Origin: a virus
Length of the DNA stretch: 40,529 nucleotides
Direction: 5' to 3' (one strand)
Virus record (IMG/VR): IMGVR_UViG_3300025523_000001
The notes below the pieces were generated by a model that worked only from the letters and a program-made list of their open reading frames with translations, did not search any database and had not been told where the DNA came from. The position numbers and the translations under genes were made by a program. Shown one piece after another: positions 1-5,825 of this stretch (positions within the stretch are counted from its first letter, which is position 1; every line of letters starts with the position of its first letter).

Positions 1-127
1 CACTTTCAACTCCTCCTCTTTTTCCTCTACATATTTCCTCATCAATTGTCGGATGACTTCACTCTTGTTTTGCATCAGTGCTTCATTTACGCGGTCGAAC
101 CGATCAAGAAGGTCCTGATCAATCCTG
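1..127. repeat. Terminal direct repeat, copy 1 (identical to 40403..40529)
   Basis: Bases 1-127 match 40403-40529 letter for letter. This implies a circular or terminally redundant molecule with 40402 bp of unique sequence. Confidence 0.97.
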
Positions 128-147
128 TATTGCCTCGTACGTTTCAC
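1..147 (-). CDS. Ribbon-helix-helix (CopG/Arc/MetJ-like) DNA-binding protein, N-terminal part; the ORF continues across the circular junction into 40402..40166
   Basis: GGGAGG at 155-160 lies 7 nt from GTG 147. The ATG at 153 is only 1 nt from the SD. Translation (M)KRTRQYRIDQDLLDRFDRVNEALMQNKSEVIRQLMRKYVEE fits a strand-helix-helix RHH pattern and stays in frame through base 1. Confidence 0.7.
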   Translation of the reverse strand, partial: MKRTRQYRIDQDLLDRFDRVNEALMQNKSEVIRQLMRKYVEEKEEELKV

Positions 148-190
148 TTTCATACCTCCCATAACCAAAAAGATGGACACAACATGCGCA

Positions 191-219
191 TTGACATGAT
201 AAAAGTTTGTGATTATAAT
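191..219 (+). promoter_or_regulatory. Perfect consensus sigma-A promoter (TTGACA-17 nt-TATAAT) with no downstream ORF
   Basis: TTGACA at 191-196, a 17-nt spacer, and TATAAT at 214-219. The 8-bp palindrome ATGCGCAT (184-191) abuts the -35 box. Confidence 0.75.
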
Positions 220-225
220 TAGTCC

Positions 226-357
226 ATGAACCATAACACAGGGTGTATTTAAATAGTATCTTTTTAATTAATTAACCTGTGCTATTTTTTATTGAACCGT
301 AACATGAGATGTAAGGGAAGAGGGAGCGAACATAAATCCGCTCTCTTTTCTATTTTT
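226..357 (+). ncRNA. Candidate ~130-nt small RNA (sRNA1), antisense to the spacer between the 169-aa gene and the RHH gene
   Basis: It is bracketed by the consensus promoter (191-219) and an intrinsic terminator (320-357). It has no SD-preceded ORF. An internal hairpin pairs CACAGG 236-241 with CCTGTG 277-282. Confidence 0.45.
320..357 (+). terminator. Intrinsic terminator for the plus-strand transcript; it overlaps the stop codon of the minus-strand 169-aa gene
   Basis: The stem pairs 320-328 with 339-347 (9 bp, 2 G-U) around a 10-nt loop. The tail reads TTTCTATTTTT. Confidence 0.6.
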
Positions 358-859
358 CCGGTTTCCCGAATTTTTCCGTAAGCGCAGCTTCTGATATAAA
401 CGTATAGGCGCCGTTACTTTTAAAATGGCCATCCGGATAATCGGCGCCGTCTATCTCTTCCACCGATATGCCCCAAGTTTTTGCGGCGTCCTTCGCTTCC
501 CACACCTTAATGCCCAGCGGTTTAAAAGTTTTTCGCATTTCCCGGTACATTTCGTATGCTTCCGCGCGATTCTTTCGTTTGTTATTACGTTCTGCTATTA
601 TTTCCTTTATTTTATCGGCAGCCGCCAGAAACTCATCTTCATCTACTTCCCATGTTCCAACCGTTTTATAATCTGTTTGTAGTCTAGATTCGCTGTTGTC
701 GAAAGTGGTTGACGGTAAAACCTCTCCAAGGCTGAATATGTAATCTTCCTTAACGGCATGTTCGACAATCGCAAATGCCTCGGCAGCTTTTGGTGTCCCC
801 TTTACAAGCTCCGGGTAAACAGTTTCGGAATAAGACGTTTCTTTATACACAATTTTCAT
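350..859 (-). CDS. Hypothetical protein, 169 aa (accessory island, second gene of the operon)
   Basis: AGGAGG lies 8 nt upstream of ATG 859, and the gene starts 19 nt after the upstream gene. I recognise no motif. Confidence 0.8.
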   Translation of the reverse strand: MKIVYKETSYSETVYPELVKGTPKAAEAFAIVEHAVKEDYIFSLGEVLPSTTFDNSESRLQTDYKTVGTWEVDEDEFLAAADKIKEIIAERNNKRKNRAEAYEMYREMRKTFKPLGIKVWEAKDAAKTWGISVEEIDGADYPDGHFKSNGAYTFISEAALTEKFGKPEK

Positions 860-878
860 TTTTGTTTCCTCCTAATTT

Positions 879-1250
879 TTATGCATTAATTTTAGCGCCT
901 TTAAATCTCCAAAACGCTTTTGTTACCGGTGTATATGCGCCACGTTCTTGTGCCACAATAACACCGTTTTGCAATTCAAGAAACCCTTGTTCTTTACGGT
1001 ATCCGGATCCTGTATAGTAATTTACGTATAAGCGTTCCTTCCCGTATTTTGCCCAGTAGTTAACGGAATAGGAATCGCTCTTCATTACGGAATTGATGTA
1101 GGTTTCAACATCTTCCACCGTAATTTCTTTTGCTTCTTTTGCCTCCTTCCATGCGAGCCGGAGAGATTCTGCAAAGTATTCCTTTACCTTTCCGCCAAAT
1201 TTACGTTGCCCTGCTTTAGCAATCTCCCAAGCCCGTTTCATAACGTTCAT
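879..1250 (-). CDS. Hypothetical protein, 123 aa (accessory island, first gene of the operon)
   Basis: AAAGGAG lies 9 nt upstream of ATG 1250. The N-terminal helix MKRAWEIAKAGQRKFGGKVKEYFAESLRLAWKEAK recalls a motif common in Firmicute mobile-element hypothetical proteins. Function is unknown. Confidence 0.8.
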   Translation of the reverse strand: MNVMKRAWEIAKAGQRKFGGKVKEYFAESLRLAWKEAKEAKEITVEDVETYINSVMKSDSYSVNYWAKYGKERLYVNYYTGSGYRKEQGFLELQNGVIVAQERGAYTPVTKAFWRFKGAKINA

Positions 1251-1281
1251 TTCTCTTATCTCCTTTCCTTATCTTGATTTC

Positions 1282-1310
1282 ATTGTATCATTTTGTATGT
1301 ACATTGTCAA
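1282..1310 (-). promoter_or_regulatory. Near-consensus sigma-A promoter for the 123-aa/169-aa operon
   Basis: The minus strand reads TTGACA (1310-1305), a 17-nt spacer, then TACAAT (1287-1282). The palindrome ATGTACAT (1297-1304) lies directly after the -35 box. Confidence 0.75.
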
Positions 1311-1389
1311 TACGTTTTTTGAATTTTTTTATTGGTTTTTGAAAAAAGTGATCCCGCCAAAAAATCCCAAAAAATTTTTTCGAGGCCTA

Positions 1390-1418
1390 TAGACAAAATA
1401 AGCCAATTTTCTTATAAT
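1390..1418 (+). promoter_or_regulatory. Near-consensus sigma-A promoter (TAGACA-17 nt-TATAAT) with no downstream ORF
   Basis: TAGACA at 1390-1395, a 17-nt spacer, and TATAAT at 1413-1418. It diverges from the 1282-1310 promoter across phased A/T tracts (1315-1381). Confidence 0.65.
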
Positions 1419-1424
1419 TTTGTT

Positions 1425-1517
1425 AGCAGGCGTTCCCAATTGTCCATGTATTTGTAAAAAATCCCCCCTATGCCTGCACAAAAATAGAGCAGGGCTTTGC
1501 CTGCTCCTTTTTTATTT
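1425..1517 (+). ncRNA. Candidate ~90-nt small RNA (sRNA2) with C-rich loop motifs
   Basis: A promoter (1390-1418) is followed by a terminator (1487-1517). The stem GCAGGC 1426-1431 / GCCTGC 1472-1477 encloses a loop containing UUCCCAA and UCCCCCCU. There is no SD-preceded ORF. Confidence 0.4.
1487..1517. terminator. Bidirectional intrinsic terminator
   Basis: GAGCAGG (1487-1493) pairs with CCTGCTC (1500-1506) around a 6-nt loop. The plus-strand tail is CTTTTTTATTT and the minus-strand tail is TATTTTTGT. Confidence 0.75.
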
Positions 1518-1546
1518 ATAAAAATCCTCCCCATAATCGAGGAGGA
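1515..1546 (-). terminator. Intrinsic terminator directly after the DUF4352 gene
   Basis: On the minus strand, TCCTCC and GGAGGA (1525-1530 / 1541-1546) form a stem followed by TTTTTATAAAT. Confidence 0.6.
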
Positions 1547-1552
1547 AAACGC

Positions 1553-2155
1553 TTATTTTAAATTGATGTTTTCTGTTTCCGTACCAAAAGCGCCCGTTTG
1601 GACTTGTACTTTTAGATCAGAAGAATTGGCGACATCTTCGGGCACATCAAAAACAATTCTGCCGCTCATTTCTGATCCTGGGTTTAAATCCTGCATGAAA
1701 AAGCTGTTATCAATAGATCCATCTTCTTTTTGGTTTGCTGACATGCTTGCATCATCATCAGCTTTATATGTCTTAGACCCTAGTTTTAGATTGAAAAAAC
1801 TCGAGTCAACCGTTACGGCTTCATTCCCGTTATTCTTTACATTCAAATCTATGACTAAGAATGTACCGTTTGCCGTTTCCTGTAATGCTGATGGGCCAAC
1901 CTTTTTAGCGGTTGAGGTTTTTGTAACCTTGTACTGCATGTCACCAACTTTAACAGTATCGCCAATTTTATATTCTTTCTTGGATGCAGCTTTTTTAGGC
2001 GAGGAAGCAGTAGTACTCTTGCTATCCTTAGAATCTTTTGCAGAATCGTCACCCCCGCCATTCGAACCTATAGCCCCAGCGACAATAATTACAACAATCA
2101 CCCAGAACCACCATTTCTTATAAAATGGTTTTTTAGTTTTTCCTTCTTTAGCCAC
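1553..2155 (-). CDS. Membrane-anchored DUF4352-family protein (N-terminal TM helix plus extracellular beta-sandwich domain)
   Basis: GTG start at 2155 with a GGGGGAA SD. A TM segment WWFWVIVVIIVAGAIG is followed by a Ser/Lys-rich linker. YKIGDTVKVGDMQYKVT...FLVIDLNVKNNGNEAVTVDSSFF...GRIVFDVP matches the DUF4352 pattern common in Bacillus prophages. Confidence 0.8.
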   Translation of the reverse strand: MAKEGKTKKPFYKKWWFWVIVVIIVAGAIGSNGGGDDSAKDSKDSKSTTASSPKKAASKKEYKIGDTVKVGDMQYKVTKTSTAKKVGPSALQETANGTFLVIDLNVKNNGNEAVTVDSSFFNLKLGSKTYKADDDASMSANQKEDGSIDNSFFMQDLNPGSEMSGRIVFDVPEDVANSSDLKVQVQTGAFGTETENINLK

Positions 2156-2278
2156 TCTAATTCCCCCTATATGTAATAATTTACGGTATTATGATAACAT
2201 AATTCCCTTACATAAAAAACACATTATTTTTTTATTTGATAAATAATTTTACCACGACCACCCACAGAAAAGAAAAAC

Positions 2279-2565
2279 TGCAAAAGTGGCTGGCCGGGAT
2301 GAATGCCCAGGTGCTCACTTTTGCACAGGCAAAATAATTTTGCATTTATTTTGCATCAATGTTTTTTAAAATGCTTCTAAAGCTTTATATATCAAGCTTT
2401 TTGTACTATAAGTTCGATTCCTGCCGAGGGCGTTTTTGGGTTGTAAAGGATTGAAAATAAAATGGCTGAATCCCTTGATATGACTGCATTTGCGGTCATT
2501 TTTTTATTGTCCGGTTTGTAAAAAAATATAAGTGTTTTAAAGATTTTTTTGCACGGATTTTGCAC
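2279..2565. other. Candidate attP: arm-type repeats flanking a core with inverted repeats and a tRNA 3'-end-like segment
   Basis: TTTTGCA(C/T) occurs at 2319, 2338, 2349 (11-bp phased pair), 2547 and 2558 (11-bp phased pair), with an inverted copy at 2279-2285. Inverted repeats AAAGCTT (2379-2385) and AAGCTTT (2394-2400) flank an 8-bp spacer. GTTCGATTCCTGCCGAGGGCG (2412-2432) resembles a T-loop, T-stem and acceptor 3' strand. The region lies directly downstream of int. Confidence 0.5.
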
Positions 2566-3688
2566 GAAAAAGCTCCTCCATTGTGTCATCCACAACCCGC
2601 GATTCAGTCTGCTCCATCTCATCCAAAACGTGCGAATATGTTTGCAAGGTTGTCACAATATCCTTATGGCCAAGCCTGCGGGATATATATTTAATGTTAA
2701 CACCCTTGTATAAGAGCATAGAAGCGTGCGTATGGCGCAAACCGTGGCAGGTAATCTCTTTAACCTTTGCTGCCTTGCAAAGCGTCCGTAACGTCTTGTT
2801 AACCGCGTTATTGGATACCAGTTGCATCTTTGTGTTAACAAACACGAGATTTTTCTTATTTCGCAATCCTGTCTGCAAAGCTTTCTTATTTTGTTCAGAT
2901 TTTAAAGTTTGCAGCATGTCCATAGTTTCTTTATCTATTGTGATCGTGCGTTTGGATGCATAGTTTTTCGTATCGCTGAAATCGTTCATGTCCTTAAAGT
3001 CCCAAGTTTTGTTTATTGTTACTGTCCGTTTTTTAAAGTCCACACAATCCCATGTAAGCCCCATTATCTCGCTAAAACGGGCGCCAGTAGCAATTGCGAA
3101 TAAAATGACATACCGGGAAATGTACCGTGGTTGTAAATTCTTCTTAGTTTCAACAACAAGCTTTTGGACTTCACTAAAATTCAGGTACTTTAATTCCTCA
3201 TTTTTCGTATCCTTTTTGCCTTTGATAATTACCTTATACGTCGGATCCTTAAAAATGATCCCTTCCTGTATCGCTTCCTGCAAACACGCCTTAATATAGG
3301 TGTGCCGTTTTTTAACCGTGTCCGTGGCATACTTAGGAGATATTTCATTTATAAATTTTTGGTACATTTCCCTAGTCAATTCCTTCATTTTCACGCCGGG
3401 GAAGTGTTCCTCCACAAGCTTTACTGACCGTTCTATATTGCGGTCATGCTCCGGGCTATGCTTGCCATTTTGGTAAAGTTCAAACCATGTCCGCATGTAT
3501 TCTGCAAAGAGCCTGTCGCCGGCCGAAATGTCCATGCCAACATGCAGCTTTTTTTCTAATTCAGCAGCTGCAATTTCGCATTCCTTCTTTGTCCTAAATC
3601 CCCCTTTTGTCTTTGTCTTAAATTTCCCAGCATCCTTATAAGACACACGATAGCGCCAGCCATTGCCTAACTTTTGTATGCTCGCCAT
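2537..3688 (-). CDS. int: Tyrosine recombinase / phage integrase
   Basis: GGAGGGTGG SD precedes ATG 3688 (MASIQKLGNGWRYRV). Catalytic motifs are present: ATGARFSE (Arg), HGLRHTHAS (HxxR) and LGHKDIVTTLQTYSHV (His and Tyr). Confidence 0.95.
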   Translation of the reverse strand: MASIQKLGNGWRYRVSYKDAGKFKTKTKGGFRTKKECEIAAAELEKKLHVGMDISAGDRLFAEYMRTWFELYQNGKHSPEHDRNIERSVKLVEEHFPGVKMKELTREMYQKFINEISPKYATDTVKKRHTYIKACLQEAIQEGIIFKDPTYKVIIKGKKDTKNEELKYLNFSEVQKLVVETKKNLQPRYISRYVILFAIATGARFSEIMGLTWDCVDFKKRTVTINKTWDFKDMNDFSDTKNYASKRTITIDKETMDMLQTLKSEQNKKALQTGLRNKKNLVFVNTKMQLVSNNAVNKTLRTLCKAAKVKEITCHGLRHTHASMLLYKGVNIKYISRRLGHKDIVTTLQTYSHVLDEMEQTESRVVDDTMEELFRAKSVQKNL

Positions 3689-3712
3689 TTTACCACCCTC
3701 CAATATTGAAAT

Positions 3713-3731
3713 AGGCGGGAGCTACCCGCCT
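3713..3731 (-). terminator. Hairpin between the repressor gene and int
   Basis: AGGCGGG-agcta-CCCGCCT forms the hairpin. The minus-strand tail is ATTTCAATATT. Confidence 0.5.
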
Positions 3732-3755
3732 GATTAAATTTCTAGCGCTAAAAAT

Positions 3756-4382
3756 TTAATACTCAATCACATTTCTTTTCAGCTTCCCTATTATTCTAAC
3801 GTTATGATTTTCATCTAATACAATTGGCTGATAGTGTGGATTCTCACTTTGCAAAATTAAAGCATTATCAGTTTTATAAACTCTTTTTAGCAATGCTTCA
3901 TCATCCACAAGGACAGCGGCAATTTCTCCGTTTTCTACTTCTTCTTGCCTGCGAATTAAGAGCAAATCGCCATCCATTATACGAGCATTAATCATACTAT
4001 CGCCTTTTGCTCTAACGTAAATATATTCTCCGCCATTTAGCCACTCGCGCGGCGTTGCGACGTAACCTTCTATATTTTCGTAAGCAATAACGCCATTTCC
4101 GCAAGAAATTTTCGCAACAATAGGAAGCATAGCTATTCCTGATTTTCTTTCTTCTAGCATTTCGTTCTTATCTAAAAGCAAATCAGATTTGTTAATATTG
4201 AAATACTCGCTGATTTTTTCAATTGCTCCGGCCCTTGGCATTTTCTTAGCATTTTCCCAGTCTGATATAGTTGATTGAGCAACGCCAAGTGCTTCAGCTA
4301 ATTCATTTGTGGTTTTATCACTTCTTTCTCTGTATCTTTTTAAGTTTTCCGCGAATATTTCTTTCACGTCTTTTCCTGTCAT
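3756..4382 (-). CDS. CI/LexA-like repressor (XRE-type HTH plus S24 self-cleaving peptidase domain)
   Basis: AGGGGGTG SD precedes ATG 4382. The HTH is TTNELAEALGVAQSTISDWEN. The S24 motifs are GDSM (Ser) and LLKRV (Lys). Confidence 0.92.
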   Translation of the reverse strand: MTGKDVKEIFAENLKRYRERSDKTTNELAEALGVAQSTISDWENAKKMPRAGAIEKISEYFNINKSDLLLDKNEMLEERKSGIAMLPIVAKISCGNGVIAYENIEGYVATPREWLNGGEYIYVRAKGDSMINARIMDGDLLLIRRQEEVENGEIAAVLVDDEALLKRVYKTDNALILQSENPHYQPIVLDENHNVRIIGKLKRNVIEY

Positions 4383-4405
4383 TATTATCACCCCCTTTAT
4401 TTCCA

Positions 4406-4433
4406 ATTATATATGCTTTTTGCGATAATACAA
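4406..4433 (-). promoter_or_regulatory. Repressor-gene promoter (TTGTAT-16 nt-TATAAT) with an operator in the spacer
   Basis: On the minus strand the -35 box is at 4433-4428 and the -10 box at 4411-4406. The spacer reads TATCGCAAAAAGCATA. Confidence 0.6.
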
Positions 4434-4497
4434 TACATCATGCAAAAAAAATATCGCTAAAAGAAATTTTTTTGTTGCAATATCGCAAAAAGCGATA
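4411..4497. promoter_or_regulatory. Operator cluster: three 17-bp sites with consensus TATCGC-N5-GCGATA
   Basis: Site 4481-4497 is a perfect palindrome, TATCGCAAAAAGCGATA. Sites 4452-4468 and 4411-4427 each have one perfect and one degenerate half-site. Confidence 0.7.
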
Positions 4498-4503
4498 TAT
4501 AAT
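4475..4503 (+). promoter_or_regulatory. Early lytic promoter (TTGCAA-17 nt-TATAAT); the spacer is exactly the perfect operator
   Basis: TTGCAA at 4475-4480, the operator at 4481-4497, and TATAAT at 4498-4503. Confidence 0.7.
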
Positions 4504-4525
4504 AGAGACATAGAAAGGAGGGGAA

Positions 4526-4789
4526 ATGATGGAAAGAATTCCAACGTATTTAAAAATGACGCTCCCGGCACTGCGCGTTAGACTTGGTCTGACACAGGAG
4601 GAAGCAGCAAAAAGGCTTGGAATTACGCGTGCAACACTAGTCAATTGGGAAAAGGATCCTTCCAAAGTTTCTTATAAGTACATGAAAAAAATGTCGGAAT
4701 TGTACTGCATCCCGATTGATTATATTTTTTTTGATAACAATATCGCTTTTAGCGATAAAGCGAGAGATGAATTCAAAATCGCAAATTAA
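4526..4789 (+). CDS. Cro-like XRE-family HTH regulator
   Basis: The SD is GAAAGGAGGGG. The HTH is LTQEEAAKRLGITRATLVNWEK. The gene diverges from the repressor gene. Confidence 0.85.
   Translation: MMERIPTYLKMTLPALRVRLGLTQEEAAKRLGITRATLVNWEKDPSKVSYKYMKKMSELYCIPIDYIFFDNNIAFSDKARDEFKIAN
4741..4757. promoter_or_regulatory. Distal fourth operator inside the 3' end of the cro-like gene
   Basis: TATCGCTTTTAGCGATA has both half-sites perfect. Its centre lies 260 bp from the centre of the 4481-4497 operator. Confidence 0.6.
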
Positions 4790-4803
4790 GGAGGAGCTTT
4801 TAC

Positions 4804-5577
4804 GTGGGAGAACTTGTTTTCATCCACAATAACCAGCCGGTAACTGACAGTTTGACGATCGCTGAAGTTTTTGGTAAGGATCACGGAAATGTTTTAAAGG
4901 ACATCAGAAAACAAATTGAATATGCTGGTCCGGATTTCGGACGCGTAAATTTTTACGAGTCCACTTATACGAACTCTCAAAACAAACAAATGCCTAAGTT
5001 TGATTTGACAGAAGAAGCATTTGTTCTTGTTGCAATGAGCTACAACACGAAAGAAGCGGTTCGGATGAAGATACGTTTCATCCAAGAATTTAAACGGATG
5101 CGTGAGCAGTTGGCAGAAATGAACAAGCCATCCTACATGATCGATGATCCGATCGAGCGAGCGAAAAAATGGATCGAGGAACAGAAAGAAAAGCAAAAGC
5201 TTAAAACCGAAAATCTTGTGCTTACCCAGCAGGTGAACGAGCTGCAGCCAAAAGCATCTTACTACGACATGATTTTGCAAAATAAATCGCTGCTATCCAT
5301 CACCAAAATCGCCAAGGATTACGGCATGAGCGGAATGGCGATGAACAAAAAACTGCATGAACTCGGCGTCCAATATAAGCAAGGAGATATTTGGCTGCTG
5401 TATGCGAAGTACCAGGACAAAGGGTACACGCAAACAACTACTCATGTGATCGACGCTGATAAAGCACGAGTGAGCACCAAATGGACGCAGAAAGGCAGAT
5501 TGTTTATTTACGAGCTGTTGAAAAATGAAGGCATTTTGCCAATCATCGAGCGCGACCAGGAAGGTGAGGCATCGTGA
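4804..5577 (+). CDS. Antirepressor-type protein (Rha-like N-terminal domain plus KilA-C/ANT-like C-terminal domain)
   Basis: GTG start with an AAGGAGGAG SD. The N-terminal PVTDSLTIAEVFGKDHGNVLKDIRK is Rha-like. The C-terminal SITKIAKDYGMSGMAMNKKLHELGVQ...WTQKGRLFIYELL is ANT-like. Confidence 0.75.
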   Translation: MGELVFIHNNQPVTDSLTIAEVFGKDHGNVLKDIRKQIEYAGPDFGRVNFYESTYTNSQNKQMPKFDLTEEAFVLVAMSYNTKEAVRMKIRFIQEFKRMREQLAEMNKPSYMIDDPIERAKKWIEEQKEKQKLKTENLVLTQQVNELQPKASYYDMILQNKSLLSITKIAKDYGMSGMAMNKKLHELGVQYKQGDIWLLYAKYQDKGYTQTTTHVIDADKARVSTKWTQKGRLFIYELLKNEGILPIIERDQEGEAS

Positions 5578-5825
5578 AACCAGAAGAAAAAGTCTGGTGG
5601 TCGATGAAGGACCTTGTAGAGCGCACCGGTCGCAGTCACGTTTGGCTGAAAGAAAAAATTTTACTCCGCCCGGAATACAAAAAGATTTTGGACTTAGAAA
5701 ACGGTGGACCGGTATATTATCCACAATCTCGCGGAGACAAATGGTGCTTTATTGCTGATCGTATGGAAGAGTTTTTAATTAAAAATTTCGCTCAAATTTT
5801 TAAAGGAGGTTCCAAGCATGCCTAA
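5574..5825 (+). CDS. Small DNA-binding protein, DUF771/excisionase-like
   Basis: WWSMKDLVERTGRSHVWLKEKILLRPEYKKILD...GDKWCFIADRMEEFL resembles DUF771-type Xis candidates. Its GTGA start overlaps the upstream stop. Confidence 0.45.
   Translation: MKPEEKVWWSMKDLVERTGRSHVWLKEKILLRPEYKKILDLENGGPVYYPQSRGDKWCFIADRMEEFLIKNFAQIFKGGSKHA

Noticed and set aside
148-234. N-terminal extension of the RHH ORF to ATG 234 (adds MVHGLIIITNFYHVNAHVVSIFLVMGG)
   Set aside because: There is no SD before ATG 234, and the extension would run through the consensus promoter. A strong GGGAGG is correctly spaced for GTG 147.
1412-1534. 40-aa minus-strand ORF (MGRIFINKKGAGKALLYFCAGIGGIFYKYMDNWERLLTKL), fully antisense to sRNA2, considered as a type I toxin
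   Set aside because: The layout is tempting: a small partly hydrophobic peptide opposite an sRNA. However, it has no SD, its ATG lies in the loop of the first DUF4352 terminator, and the ORF contains both terminators. The hydrophobic stretch is only ~14 aa. It is kept only as something Ribo-seq could revisit.
1497-2123. 208-aa plus-strand ORF antisense to the DUF4352 gene
   Set aside because: It has no SD and begins inside the bidirectional terminator. It is the mirror of a gene with a clear family signature, so it is a shadow ORF.
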